DNA from: Octopus bimaculoides
Taxonomy: Eukaryota
NCBI RefSeq assembly: GCF_001194135.2
Contig: NC_068985.1
Coordinates: 37,833,685 to 37,897,684, forward strand
Direction: 5' to 3'
Length of the DNA stretch: 64,000 bases
The notes under the pieces were generated by a model that did not search any database, had not been told where the DNA came from, and was given only the letters and a program-made list of their open reading frames with translations. Position 1 is the first letter of the stretch, and every line of letters begins with the position of its first letter. A program made the position numbers and the translations under genes. Shown one piece after another: positions 39,391 to 53,161 of this stretch.

Positions 39391-41389
39391 NNNNNNNNNN
39401 NNNNNNNNNNNNNNNNNNNNNNNNNNNNNNNNNNNTATTCAGGAGCGCATGTTCCGGTGCTAGGTGTGCGCTGCACACCCATAAAAAATGGCAAATTCCT
39501 TATAAATACTACAAGTTTGGACAGAATCAGAACTACACAGTTTGTATGCCTAATTTGAGTAATACTAGTGTTAGTCATAGTATGGTCAGTGTGGCACCAC
39601 ACCCAATCACAACAACTACCGTACGTAAAGACCTTTCAAATAAAATTTTGTCTATATATATATATATATCTTATAGTTTTAAATAGCTGATGGTTTCCAC
39701 TCCATCTATTTTTCTTCATATTCTTTTGTATATTGATATTTAAAGTTTAACTGGTGATAAAGGAATGTAGGAGAAGAATAAACATACACTTTTACCAAGA
39801 ATACGACATAAGGGAATAGGATATTGCATATCTGATTACGGGATAGTAATAATTAATTTTCTTGGCTTATAGATCCTCCTAAAGCCAGCACTTACATAGC
39901 TGATTGCATAGAGTTAGCTGCATGACAAGAAAATTTAGTAAAGGTACCCGTCTTCAGCATGAATTTTAAACTGAGCTACTATGTTCATAGACAGGCATTA
40001 GTTTATGAAGTAGTAGCTGATTGTCTTTATCTTATCCATACAGCAAGCATACATGCATAAGTAAAAACACAAGTTACACACACACGCACACACACTCACT
40101 TATACACACACGTGCGCACACACAACGTTTATGTATGTATTCTATATATATATATATATATATNNNNNNNNNNNNNNNNNNNNNNNNNNNNNNNNNNNNN
40201 NNNNNNNNNNNNNNNNNNNNNNNNNNNNNNNNNNNNNNNNNNNNNNNNNNNNNNNNNNNNNNNNNNNNNNNNNNNNNNNNNNNNNNNNNNNNNNNNNNNN
40301 NNNNNNNNNNNNNNNNNNNNNNNNNNNNNNNNNNNNNNNNNNNNNNNNNNNNNNNNNNNNNNNNNNNNNNNNNNNNNNNNNNNNNNNNNNNNNNNNNNNN
40401 NNNNNNNNNNNNNNNNNNNNNNNNNNNNNNNNNNNNNNNNNNNNNNNNNNNNNNNNNNNNNNNNNNNNNNNNNNNNNNNNNNNNNNNNNNNNNNNNNNNN
40501 NNNNNNNNNNNNNNNNNNNNNNNNNNNNNNNNNNNNNNNNNNNNNNNNNNNNNNNNNNNNNNNNNNNNNNNNNNNNNNNNNNNNNNNNNNNNNNNNNNNN
40601 NNNNNNNNNNNNNNNNNNNNNNNNNNNNNNNNNNNNNNNNNNNNNNNNNNNNNNNNNNNNNNNNNNNNNNNNNACACACACACACACACACACACACACA
40701 TACGTGTATGTGTGTATGTTAGTGAAACACTGAGAGTGAGACAGCCATAAGTTATATATATATTTAAACAAAAAATACATAACTCTATGCATCTTTATAC
40801 ATTCATCCAGCCATTACTTTATCTTTTGTTATTGCCAACTTCCGGGATTCAGTCGTTTTCTTTCATCACCATGTTATCTGCAGGTTTGTTTATGTCTCTG
40901 AATAGTTCCATCTCAGGGAGTTAAACCAGAGAAAAAAAAAAAAAAAAGCAACAAAAAAGAAAAAAAAAGAAAAAGAAAAAATACTTCCTCCTTTACCCAT
41001 TTTTTTCCCTTATCCACCATCTTAACATTCTGAATGCATGTTGGTTAAATCATAACTAGCTTGTTTGATACAATGTTCTAACCGGCTGCCGACTAGCATA
41101 ACTACCCCACCTCTCAAAACATCTGGCTCCTGCTTGTCATCATACGATGTAGCTGTATGTGTGAGTGATGTGAATGCGTTCTTGTATGAGTCGGAGCAAC
41201 TTCTTGTATACAAATGCAAACTGAAACAGAGAAAAGCTAGTGATATGTATTTCTAACAAACGAAACTAGGAACTGGACAGAAGGCAGAAAAACGTAATTC
41301 TGTTGAGGGATAACAAATATAGGAAAGCAGAACCACACGAACACGCTCCTACATTCAAACTCATGCTATGCTGAAGTATTTACTCTCTT

Positions 41390-41447
41390 TTACTTGTTTC
41401 AGTCATTTGACTGCGGCCATGCTGGAGCACCACCTTTTAGTCGAGCA
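41390..41447 (-). mobile_element. Family B SINE 3' terminal fragment
   Basis: CTCTTTTACTTGTTTCAGTCATTTGACTGCGGCCATGCTGGAGCACCACCTTTTAGTCGAGCA. Confidence 0.85.
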
Positions 41448-41669
41448 GTGGAAAACAATAAATATAATATGCATTATAGATGTGGATATCCCTGAAATTA
41501 TTTGAGCATAAATATGTGTAAACAATAAATATATTCTGCTTAAACATTGCGGGACTAATAATCTGGTGTAGAACTCCATTACACATAGCGTTAGTCGAGT
41601 ACAGAACGGCAATAAGAAAATGGCTGATAGTTAGCAAGTTGGGACACACATAAGAAAGAAGAAAGCAAA

Positions 41670-41715
41670 GGACCACTGATGAGGTCACAGAAGTGTGACG
41701 AAAGAACTCTGGCCG
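41670..41715 (+). ncRNA. Type I hammerhead-ribozyme-like motif with canonical core
   Basis: GGACCA-CTGATGA-G-GTCACA-GAAG-TGTGAC-GAAA-GAA-CTC-TGGCC: 6-bp stem II, CUC triplet (cut after 41709), stem I 4 of 5 pairs. Stem III is too short for a monomer. Confidence 0.6.
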
Positions 41716-41886
41716 AAATAGGATTAATGTAATGTAATATAAAGCTGAAGCAAATTAACACCAAATATACAGTGCGTGTGTTTTTATTGGCTAAACTGGC
41801 AATATGACCATCCCCAAGTACAACAACATCTGTTTCAACACACAATTTCACATCAAAAACCTTGCAAAACAAATATATAAACGGAA

Positions 41887-41955
<69 letters not shown>

Positions 41956-41970
41956 CTATCTATCTATATA
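41887..41970. repeat. (TATC)n tetranucleotide repeat
   Basis: Direct inspection. Confidence 0.95.
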
Positions 41971-42203
41971 TATAATACTTACGTACCATGTCGAAATCTG
42001 TATGAAATAGTGTCTAAATATAAATATGTAATGTGTAATGAATGCAAATCATACAGTCACTGNNNNNNNNNNNNNNNNNNNNNNNNNNNNNNNNNNNNNN
42101 NCACCTTAATGAAAAGATATATTTATTCTAAAATAACCTGTAACACTGAGACCCTTTTTTTATCGTGTACATACAATATTAAAGACATTAATATACTAAC
42201 AAA

Positions 42204-42617
42204 GGCGGCGAGCTGGCAGAAACGGTAGCACGCTGGGCGAAATGCTTAGCGTTGTTTCGTCTGTCTTTACGTTCTGAGTTCAAATTCCACCGAAGTCGAC
42301 TTTGCTTTCATCCTTTCGGGGTCGATAAATTAAGTACCATGCTGCATACTAGAGTCGATCTAATCGACTGGCCCCCTTTCCCTAAAATTTCGGGCCTTGA
42401 GCTTTGAGTAGAAAAGAATCGTTAGCACGGCGAGCAAAATGCTTAGCAGTATTTCGTCTGTCTTTACATTCTGAGTTCAAATTCCGCCGAGGTCGACATC
42501 GCCTTTCATCCTTTCGGAGGGTCAGTAAAATAAGTACCAGTTTAGTACTGAGTCCAATGGAATCGACTTAGCCCCTCCCCTAAAACTATTTGCCTTGTGC
42601 CAAAATTTGAAATCAGT
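42204..42617 (+). mobile_element. Head-to-tail pair of family A SINEs (42204-42419, 42415-42617)
   Basis: The second copy starts at AGAATCGTTAGCA directly at the first copy's tail. The two have different 3' tails. Confidence 0.9.
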
Positions 42618-42955
42618 ATACTGAAAGGGCAGATGAGGAGAGATATCTACCTATCTAGCTAAAATGACGTCTATGCATATTTGTGTGTGTGAACACACAT
42701 ATACACATGTGTGGGTGTATGTACGCACGTGTTTATTGGCGTGTGTAATTTTTTAAAATGTGCCAAAAAAGCGAGAATAGGTCTTTTGAGGGGAGCAAAT
42801 CCACTCTGGGAGCTCTATCCGATGCATCATCCTGAAACTTAAATAGCAAATGCTTGGCTTGTGTACTTACATAAAGACCATATCTATCTCTTCTATGCGC
42901 ATTAAATTCTCTCTGCTTGAATGTTAACTCACTTGCTGTTAATACACATACAAAC

Positions 42956-42991
<36 letters not shown>

Positions 42992-43412
42992 GCACTTATA
43001 TACACGCGCTCGCGCGGATTAAACGTATACCCGCGATGCCTAAATTTAAACATCCCGATGCAGATATCATTATATTGAGAAAGTGCACGATTTTAAAGAA
43101 TGGCACAACAGCAATCGTTTAACTCCGAAATCATCTAAAGCACTAAGGAAAAAAAAAGAAAAAAGATATGGTTTGTGAGCCGATCTAAAACATCACAAGC
43201 AACCGACATATGCATCGGATTTTGGATAAATGTATGTGCATGTATTTGTGTATACACACACTCACGTATATATTTATGTATGCACACGGACACTCACACA
43301 TATATATGTATGTATTTTAATACACATTCGGATATATATATATATAAATAAATATATATATATTTATATATCAAGTTTCAGCTTGGGGCACCGCCATTAA
43401 AAAATTACAATT

Positions 43413-43479
43413 CTCCCCGGCGGGGAATCGAACCCTGGTCTCTCGCGTGACAAGCGGGGATACTTACCACTATAGTACC
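43413..43479 (-). pseudogene. tRNA-Asp(GTC) pseudogene lacking the first ~5 nt
   Basis: Minus strand GGTACTATAGTGGTAAGTATCCCCGCTTGTCACGCGAGAGACCAGGGTTCGATTCCCCGCCGGGGAG closely matches metazoan tRNA-Asp. Anticodon GTC at 43451-43449, one mismatch each in the anticodon and T stems, and a T6 run 8 nt downstream. Confidence 0.85.
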
Positions 43480-43832
<353 letters not shown>

Positions 43833-45094
43833 ACGTGTGCATATATATAGCTGACTATATACATGTGCGTATTTTTGTGATATAAGCTGTATATTATAAT
43901 ACACGACGCGCACACATATTTCCTGGCGTGTGTTTGCGTCTGTGTATATATATATATATATATATACGATACACACGTATAATAATAGGCAAGCATATCT
44001 GTGTAAAAACGTGTACAGTATACTTCGAAAAGGTAACTAAGGCATTCAGTTAAAAGAAAATGTTCATTTATCATTTTTTTTTCCTGCCCTTTTTAAATGG
44101 AAAAGCATAAAACCGAGTCAGCTTTGAACCACATTCCACTACTTATTTGTTTACTTATCTATTTATTTATTTGAAATAAATTCCATTCATGACACAGAAG
44201 AATCTGTTACCTGTCAGAATATTCTGGTTGGTTGTCAGTTATAATATATTATACACCGCCTTAGTTATTATTCAGTGGTGTGTCAGAAAACTTGGTCATC
44301 ACAACGCTCTCTCGTTCAGTGAAGAGATTTTTATAACATGCTAAAGACTTAATGTCTAAGTTTATTTTTCTCGCCGATATATTATAGATTTACACACACA
44401 CACAAAAACAAAATCAAAAAACAGCACAATATATGATTTTAATATCTACTATCTAATTTAAGTCTGTTTATATAACTAGACAATTCTTTTCTTTGAGAAA
44501 TTGAAACGAATCCATTATCGTTACATTATATTCAGAAATATTACATTGTCGAGTATATAACGAAATGTATGATTACCTTTCAGTTTCGTTAGAATATCTT
44601 TCTTTCTCTTTATTTTTCATGTTTATACGCACGTAAAATAATTAAAGTACGGAGTCAGCGTGTGTGGAGAAAAATTCTAAATGAACATGTACCTTATGCG
44701 TGCTTTTCGTAAATGTACATTAAGTTTTGCTGTGTAAAGAAGACGAGTGGATTAAGTCACAGAGCGCCAATAGAGAATGAACGACAGCTCAATTTGTCTA
44801 GATTTTCCTACGTAGTTGCAAGTCGCCGCTTCTTTCCCATAAGAATGAATGGTACTTTTATTGAGTATCACCCCACACAGAACGTCAGCGTTTCATTGAC
44901 TTTTCCCACACGACGTTATTCAAAAGCTCTCCATGTATGGCCATTCCATATTTTCCAAGCATATGCTCTTCGCAATTATCCATTGCTTAAAAACTACGAG
45001 GTCGGAAAAATTTGTTAATTGATTGACACACTTAGACCGCTTTTAAAACCCGGTCAATTATGAATGTATGCACAAGCTAATTGTTCAGTATAGT

Positions 45095-45395
<301 letters not shown>

Positions 45396-45701
45396 TGTGT
45401 TTGTGTATGTATACACGCATACACACATACTTGGCTGGTGTTTGTAAGTGCGGGGCCCAATTAGAGAATTGTTAGTGAAGCTCCTTTACTCTACAAAATC
45501 GATGAAGATTGATGCTTTATACTTCGTGTAGTACGCCAGTCCCACCCCCAAAAAGCGTTGAGAGCTTGAGGCTGCAACTTTAACCACAATGGTATACTAA
45601 AAATTCATCATAGCGTTCTTTGCTCAGGCGTGTGCGCAGGGCGCAGTTTGAACATATTTGTCTAATTGTCTTAGAACTAATCCTACATACAGACATACAT
45701 A

Positions 45702-45925
45702 CGAGGGGGTGCTGAAAAGATCCTGAATTTGGGTAAAAGAAAATACGGGAGGATCAGTTAATTATGATTTTATCTGATTTTATCCAACATATTCCCCTCT
45801 CAGATTCACACACTTATTGCAGCGGTCCTTCAGTTTTTCTAAGTCCTGTAAAAGAACTCGGAATGTTCGGCCTCCAACCAGGCCTTTCGCTATACCCTTA
45901 AAACCAGGAACTTCCTCCACTTCGA
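45702..45925 (-). mobile_element. Non-autonomous mariner remnant (one good TIR, transposase C-terminal fragment)
   Basis: TA + CGAGGGGGTGCTGAAAAG mariner-type end. The minus strand encodes ..LEKLKDRCNKCVNLRGEYVG*, matching the mariner C-terminal motif (KL..RW.KC....GEYV). The opposite TIR is degenerate (AAAACCAGGAACTT). Confidence 0.82.
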
Positions 45926-46734
45926 GGATACATACATGCACGCACGCACACGCACATGCGCGCGCGCACGCACACACACTTTTAATTGTTGGTGCTGCTA
46001 ATTTGTTTTAAAACTAGTAGTTTCTGCATGTACATAATTGTTTCTGCTATATGTTCACGAGCGTGTACGAACATCTTTCTGTAAATTGTTTCAGATTTTT
46101 GAATATACATCAGGTTTTAAATATTAGGACGTCGATGCTTATAAAAAGACAAACCGCAGTCGAGATTAGGATTGAAAGAAAAATACGTAAAATAGACAGA
46201 AAACAAATAAAGACAGATTTATTTGTTTTTCCTGTTGTCAAAGACAATCCGTGATGGGAAACATCTTTCATCCAACAACATAGTAAAGACGCCATGTTTA
46301 ACTAGGTTGGGCTTAATGAGATTGTCCCATCTCTGACTGACCACGTGATATATTTCTTGAGGAGGGGAAAGGGAACTTCGAATTATTAAGAGGTTAACAA
46401 TGTTTTGCTTCTGAAATGTTATTTTTTTCAAAACTCTTACCTCCTCATACATTTTTACGTACTAACACTCTCACACCAGCACTTTTAGCGGACTAGTTCT
46501 GTGACAGCACTTGCGATTTTTTTTTATGCTACTTCTTGTCACTAATAGCACTCGTAGTAATTGTCTAACCAAACATTTACGCTTTAAATGACTTTTTTAA
46601 AACATCATCCACTTCATCAATCTTTTTTTTTTCTCTTCTTCATACTGTTTCAGTATTTGCATGGAATGAAGTCCGATCTTGCGCGTGTTGATCTCATCTC
46701 GTTTAATATTATTGCTCTGTACATCTATCGATTC

Positions 46735-46743
46735 TTCTTCTTC

Positions 46744-46775
<32 letters not shown>

Positions 46776-46980
46776 CTTCTTCTTCTTCTTCTTCTTCTTC
46801 TTNNNNNNNNNNNNNNNNNNNNNNNNNNNNNNNNNNNNNNNNNNNNNNNNNNNNNNNNNNNNNNNNNNNNNNNNNNNNNNNNNNNNNNNNNNNNNNNNNN
46901 NNNNNNNNNNNNNNNNNNNNNNNNNNNNNNNNNNNNNNNNNNNNNNNNNNNNNTATTATTATTATTATTATTATTATTAT
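46735..46980. repeat. (TTC)n ... gap ... (ATT)n trinucleotide repeat
   Basis: Direct inspection. Confidence 0.9.
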
Positions 46981-46985
46981 TTAAA

Positions 46986-47455
46986 GCGGTAAGCTGGTAG
47001 AATCGTTAGCATACCGGGCGAAATGTTTAGCGGCATTTCGCCTACCGCTACGTTCTAAGTTCAAATTCCGCCGAGGTCGACTTTGCCTTTCATCCTTTCG
47101 GGGTCGATAAATTAAGTACCAGTTAAGAACTGGGATCAATGTAATCGACTAGCCCCTTCCCCCAAAATTTCAGGCTTTGTGCCTATAGTTGAAAAGACTA
47201 TTGCTCTGTACATCTGTCGGTTATTATTATTATTATTTAAGGCGGCGAGCTGGTAGAATCATTAGCACGCCGGGCGAAATGCTTAGAGGTATATCGCCCG
47301 TCGCTACGTTCTGAGTTCAAATTCCGCCGAGGTCGATTTTGCCTTTCATCCTTTTGGGGTAGATAAATCAAGTACCAGTGAAACACTGGGGTCGATTCAT
47401 CTCCTCCCCCTAAAATGGCTGCCCTTGTGACAAGATTTGAAATCATTATCATTAT
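46986..47455 (+). mobile_element. Two tandem family A SINEs (46986-47198, 47241-47455)
   Basis: Both full length, each preceded by (ATT)n-TTAA, with different tail subtypes. Confidence 0.92.
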
Positions 47456-47694
47456 TTTTTTTTCATGACATAAAATAAAAGGAAAAGCTGATATATAATT
47501 TCTTATATTTTGATATTAATTTTCATCAACTCAATCGATATTTTCAACGGAGTTCACTTAATGATCACGGCATTTCGAGGTACTCTGGGCAAATTTCTTC
47601 TTCTAAACCTCCGGGCCGATTAATACTTTGCGAGTGGAAAGGGTTGACATGTAATATTCATCACATATACTATATAGGTTTGAAAGTTTTGTCA

Positions 47695-48180
47695 AGTGGC
47701 CAGCAATTACGGGTTGGGGTAAGTTGATTACATCGACTCCTGTGCCCAACTGGTACTTACTTTATCGATCTCGAAAGGAAGAAAGCCAAAATCGGCCTCG
47801 GTGAAACGTGGACTCTGAACGTACAAATTCTGGCACTCTGTCAGTTACTACGACGCGGGTTCCAGTTGATCCGATGAACGGAATAGCCTGCTCATGAAAT
47901 TTACGTGCAAACGGACGATCACTTCTCAGACACGCGTCCCTCTTAACTTAGTTCTCGGGGAGATTCAGCGTGACACAGAATGTGAACAAGGCTGCCCCTT
48001 TGGAATAGAGGTACAACTCATTTTCGTTAGTTGAATCGAGTGGAACAACACGAAATAAAGTGCCTTGCTCGAGGACACAACGCGCCACCGAAAATCGAAC
48101 TCACGACCTTACGATCGTGGGCCAAATACCATAATCACTAAGCCACGCACATTCACAGACGAAATACCGCGAAGCGTTTC
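47695..48180 (-). mobile_element. Family A SINE split by a nested family C SINE (47831-48148)
   Basis: The A sequence stops at ..CTCTGAACGTAC (47824) and resumes at CAGACGAAATACCGC (48156). The intervening part matches 22664-23048. Confidence 0.8.
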
Positions 48181-48710
48181 TACTGTATAGGAAGCTATTT
48201 GTACTTGTTTCGCGTAGGAATAAACTTATAGTGACCAGCTGAGAGCGAGCATTTACAATTTTAAAGTATAAACATCAATACTTCATATTAAAGTCTGCTG
48301 AAGTTCAATTCTCTGCATTCCTTAATCTAGATCACATAATCCAATTGTCGAATGAGTAACATGAAGAATTTACAGTATTCCAATTTGTAAGCGTGTTCTA
48401 CTTCGAGGGCATGAAGAAGAAAAAGGTGGGGGGGGGGGAAGAAAGGTTGTTATTGAATGTATAAAGAAAATTAATGAAGGTATTATTCGCTGGTGACTTC
48501 TAAGGCATTGTGCTTTTGTGCTTAATTGATTTGCTTGCGTTTGTTTATATACATTAAAACAAACATATATAGAAAGGTATTTATATTTTGTTATTTTAAT
48601 AATGTTTGATGTATAGATATTTAACATTGTATCATGTGTTTTAATTTATTTGCTGTTCTCAACTATTCAATGTGCATCTGATCATAATGTATATATATAT
48701 ATATATATAT

Positions 48711-48767
48711 CCTTTTGTTGTTTACACCACCTGTCCTCGTCTGTTGTTTTTTTCGTGAATTCTCCCA
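48711..48767 (+). mobile_element. 57-bp 3' terminal fragment of the PLE-related repeat, flanked by (TA)n on both sides
   Basis: CCTTTTGTTGTTTACACCACCTGTCCTCGTCTGTTGTTTTTTTCGTGAATTCTCCCA, closely matching ~17414-17470. Confidence 0.8.
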
Positions 48768-50073
48768 TATATATATATATATATATATATAATTTTAAAC
48801 CTATATGTAAATGGATAGGTTGGTAGACTGGTTGATTGATTGCTAGAAAGATAGATGTTTAGATAGTCATACATACATATATACATACATACATACATAC
48901 ATACATACATACATACATACATACATACATACATCAGAGACAAATTATAGAAATTAATGAATAGTGAACCATTAATATATACTTGGATATGGGGTGAGAG
49001 GACAGATATATGAGTCAAGTTCATGCTTGGTATATTTGTTATGTAGTGAGAAAAAAAAAAAAAAGAAATCATACTGGATGCCTTAAGGCAACCATCGTTA
49101 TCCTTGAGGTTAGTTATATATCTTAAAATTGTCAGTTGCGTTATCTACGTACTGTTGTCAGACTCGACTTCATCCTTTATTGCTCTGAAATCAATGAAAC
49201 AAGAACCAGTTATAATATAGTATTGATTTACAAACTTGACATTCTGCATAAGTAAGAATGAAAACATATACGTCGTAAATAGATACATACGTCACATATT
49301 CTAAATTCTTGAATCAGTGTCTCTTCTTAGTTTAAATAGTTTCATGTATGCTGCTTTTACCATGGAGAACGAGATGTATTTCACAACCTCACATTTCATC
49401 CTATGAAAGAACTAATTTTGTTTCATAAAATATATATGTTGTTTATTAAGTATCTGCTGTTTAGCGTTTTATTTTTTTTTCTCCCTAGAACATTTAACCG
49501 CACTTTTCTCAGTAGGGTATGGTTTGGAGAATGCCATACTTTCTGGGAAAACTCAGTCGATATTGCAGATGCCGGAATAATCTGCGCTATGACCGAAACC
49601 CTATGGTTTGCGAGGAGAATCTAATGCCGTATCATTATTATGTGGTCTATATACACTGAATGTATTCTGCATCTGTAATATAATACACACACAAAGTATT
49701 AGTGTAAGCACCGATGTCACATAAGTTATTCAACCATGATGCTGATTATAATCATGAAAAAAAAAAAAACGTGGTTTACAATGAATGTAGCGAATAGCTC
49801 TCTTAGCAATTTGGGGTCAATTAAACTAGATGAAGCACACATTTTGCACTTCATAAATCAATATATAACCTTCAATATGATTTGCTCGTATTTGTCTACA
49901 GAAGTGTAAATAAACAGTGTTCATGTGTACGTGTTTCTTCAAATATGTGTATATGTATTAAGACGATCAGAAATTTCTGTACGTATATATCATAATCATT
50001 CATATACACTTGGACGCCTATGTATATGCTTATATCTGCAGACACGCGAACACAACACAACACAACACAACAC

Positions 50074-50119
<46 letters not shown>

Positions 50120-50234
50120 TATTCTTACAATCTGATTATCATATATATCTATTTGTACGCACAAAGTATTCTGTATGTACTGTATGTTTCTGGTGTGTGT
50201 ATGTGTGTGTGGTTGTGTGTGTGTGTGTTTATAT

Positions 50235-50305
<71 letters not shown>

Positions 50306-50426
50306 TATATGCATGCATATATATCTGCATGTGTTTTTGTAATTATGCGTATATTAAGTGTGCAATTTTATATCAGTGCATTTCTCTTGTGTTTTTCCAT
50401 ATGTTTGCCTATGTTATGTATATTTG

Positions 50427-50467
<41 letters not shown>

Positions 50468-51785
50468 ATCCGAACATCTGAGTGCATTTATTTCCACTGA
50501 AATGAAAATATCTCACATAGTGTCTTACACTCAATGACCTAGTGTACAGTTCCTTAGCTGCTGGGTTTCTGGGCTCCAGGCAAATCTTAGGAGGAGAATC
50601 CCACTGACCACTCTGAAAAGAATGACATGATGACAGAAGTGGATGGCAGATTTCCCAGTCCAACATGGCTGGTTTCGTTTTAGACAACTTTCCAAAATTA
50701 ATTACAATAACAGTAGCAGTCTGCAACAATAACAACAACACATAGACTGACAAACAGAAAATGCATCACCTCTAAGCAATAATAACAGCAGTAAAATAAA
50801 GTTATTAACAACGACGATCAGTGAACAGCAGCGACAACAATAAAACACACAGCGGCAATTACAAGTGAGAGATCAAACACATATGTAATGAGAATTCGAC
50901 ATACACAGGCAGAACGGTGACAAAGTGAATCTGAATAATATAATAATAATTATCAGAAACCTAACAAACAAAACCATGATGCCTAGTTAAACAACATCGA
51001 ACAAAGAAGTCGATATGGCAGCCTCTATGTGGCCGTCTGACCTGCCAAAAGTAGCAGTCAAACTTCACATATATCATGAGAAGGAAGAAAGGTCTTTTCT
51101 GAATCAGTTTCGGAAGTTCTGAAAATAAGGTAAAAGTCATAGACCTTGCTCTTCAAGTAGTGAATACTTGTGATAAATGGCAATCTAATGATTTTTCAAA
51201 TCCTCTCGACATAAAAAAGGAATGATGTATTAGTAACACTATGGCTAAAAGTCAAAACCTTTGGCCATAGGTTTATCGTAACAAGATTGCCTAATACTAA
51301 ATAGCAACAATAACGTAAATAGAATAAAGTGTATGGGTTCTGATTAAATAATAAATGGAGAATAGACTAAACGGAACACGCGGAATGGAAGAGTCGCTGA
51401 AGAGGTCTCAGTTATGTCACGAAAGATTTCCAGACAATGGACATATGATGAAAAACAAAACAATAATAAAGAGTGAAAAACGAATATATAGTGCGTGTGC
51501 TTAATTGGCAATAAAAAAAAAATAACCATCCCGAAATATAACAATAGAGTATAGTGCATAAAAGCAAAATAACGACAATTAGTTAAAGAATAGTAATGTA
51601 CATTGGACGAGAAATGTACGTTGTGCTTTGGTGTACGATGATAGAGATAATAAAATTTTTAATGTATTCTGTGGGTGATTGTTCCTCCCTTCCTCAGTAG
51701 AGTAATCTCATCACACTAATTAATGTAAACGTAAACGTAGATATTTGCAAATGATTACTCGTTAGTTGAATTACACTCTCTATAT

Positions 51786-52076
51786 CGGAGGTTCCCAACC
51801 GGGGTACATATAACTCTAGCGAGTCAAAGAATTTTGTTTCTAAAATTTATGTTCAATAATAAATTGGTTATACTTCTACAACACACAAAATAATTCTAAT
51901 AATTTTTTATACAATTCATAATAGTGGCTGTGTGGTAAGTAGCTTGCTTAACAACCACATGGCTCCGGGTTCAGTCCCACTGCACGGCACCTTGGGCAAG
52001 TGTTTTCTACTATAGCCTCGGGCCGACCAAAGCCTTGTGAGTGGATTTGGTAGACGGAAACTGAAAGAAGCCCGTC

Positions 52077-52132
<56 letters not shown>

Positions 52133-52528
52133 NNNNNNNNNNNNNNNNNNNNNNNNNNNNNNNNNNNNNNNNNNNNNNNNNNNNNNNNNNNNNNNNNNNN
52201 NNNNNNNNNNNNNNNNNNNNNNNNNNNNNNNNNNNNNNNNNNNNNNNNNNNNNNNNNNNNNNNNNNNNNNNNNNNNNNNNNNNNNNNNNNNNNNNNNNNN
52301 NNNNNNNAAAGAATAAGTCCTGGGGTCGCTTTGTTCGACTAAAAGCGGTGCTCGAACATGGCGGCAGTCAAATGACTGAAACAAATAAAAGAATAAAAGA
52401 ATATTTAACTATTGAAATATAATATAATTTTTTAAAGCATGAAATGGCGATGAGGGTCCATGTGATTAAAACAGGAATCGAAGGGAGTGCATTGGCAAAA
52501 AAAAAAAAAAAAGGCTTCGAAACCATTA
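51786..52528. mobile_element. hAT/Charlie-like MITE with 8-bp TSD, carrying a nested family B SINE (51923-52400, +)
   Basis: Degenerate TIRs CGGAGGTTCCCAACC and GGCTTCGAAACCATTA. Flanks CTCTATAT (51778-85) and TTCTATAT (52529-36) match 7/8 and fit the NTCTANAN Charlie target. Confidence 0.7.
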
Positions 52529-52865
52529 TTCTATATACTCAAAATTGCAATGGTTGTAAACAAGAATTTTGTTACTCTCTAAACTCTCAAATAATCAAAA
52601 AAAAAAACAAAAAAAATATAAATATCTCGATGAGGAGAAAAGTTTGCACAAAGTTTTCGGGTCATTTAGTGCAGGTGCAAATACCAGTACAGCATTTGCT
52701 TTAATATTGGTGCGAATGATGTTGAGGATTTATTTCAAAGTTAGTAGTTACTTTCGAGCGTCTTATTGGCCCTCTTGTATCTGTGGTGGACTACAATTGG
52801 GTTTAGTTTATTGCTTGTTCCTATAAATCTTTTAATAAGTTCAAAATGCAACGTTGTCTATTGAT

Positions 52866-52900
52866 GCACTACTACTACTACTACGACGACGATGACAACG

Positions 52901-52975
<75 letters not shown>

Positions 52976-52985
52976 TCTACTACTA

Positions 52986-53020
<35 letters not shown>

Positions 53021-53092
53021 TCTACTACTACTACTGCTGCTGCTGCTTCTACTACTACTACTACTACTACTACTACGACGACGACGACAGCG

Positions 53093-53161
<69 letters not shown>

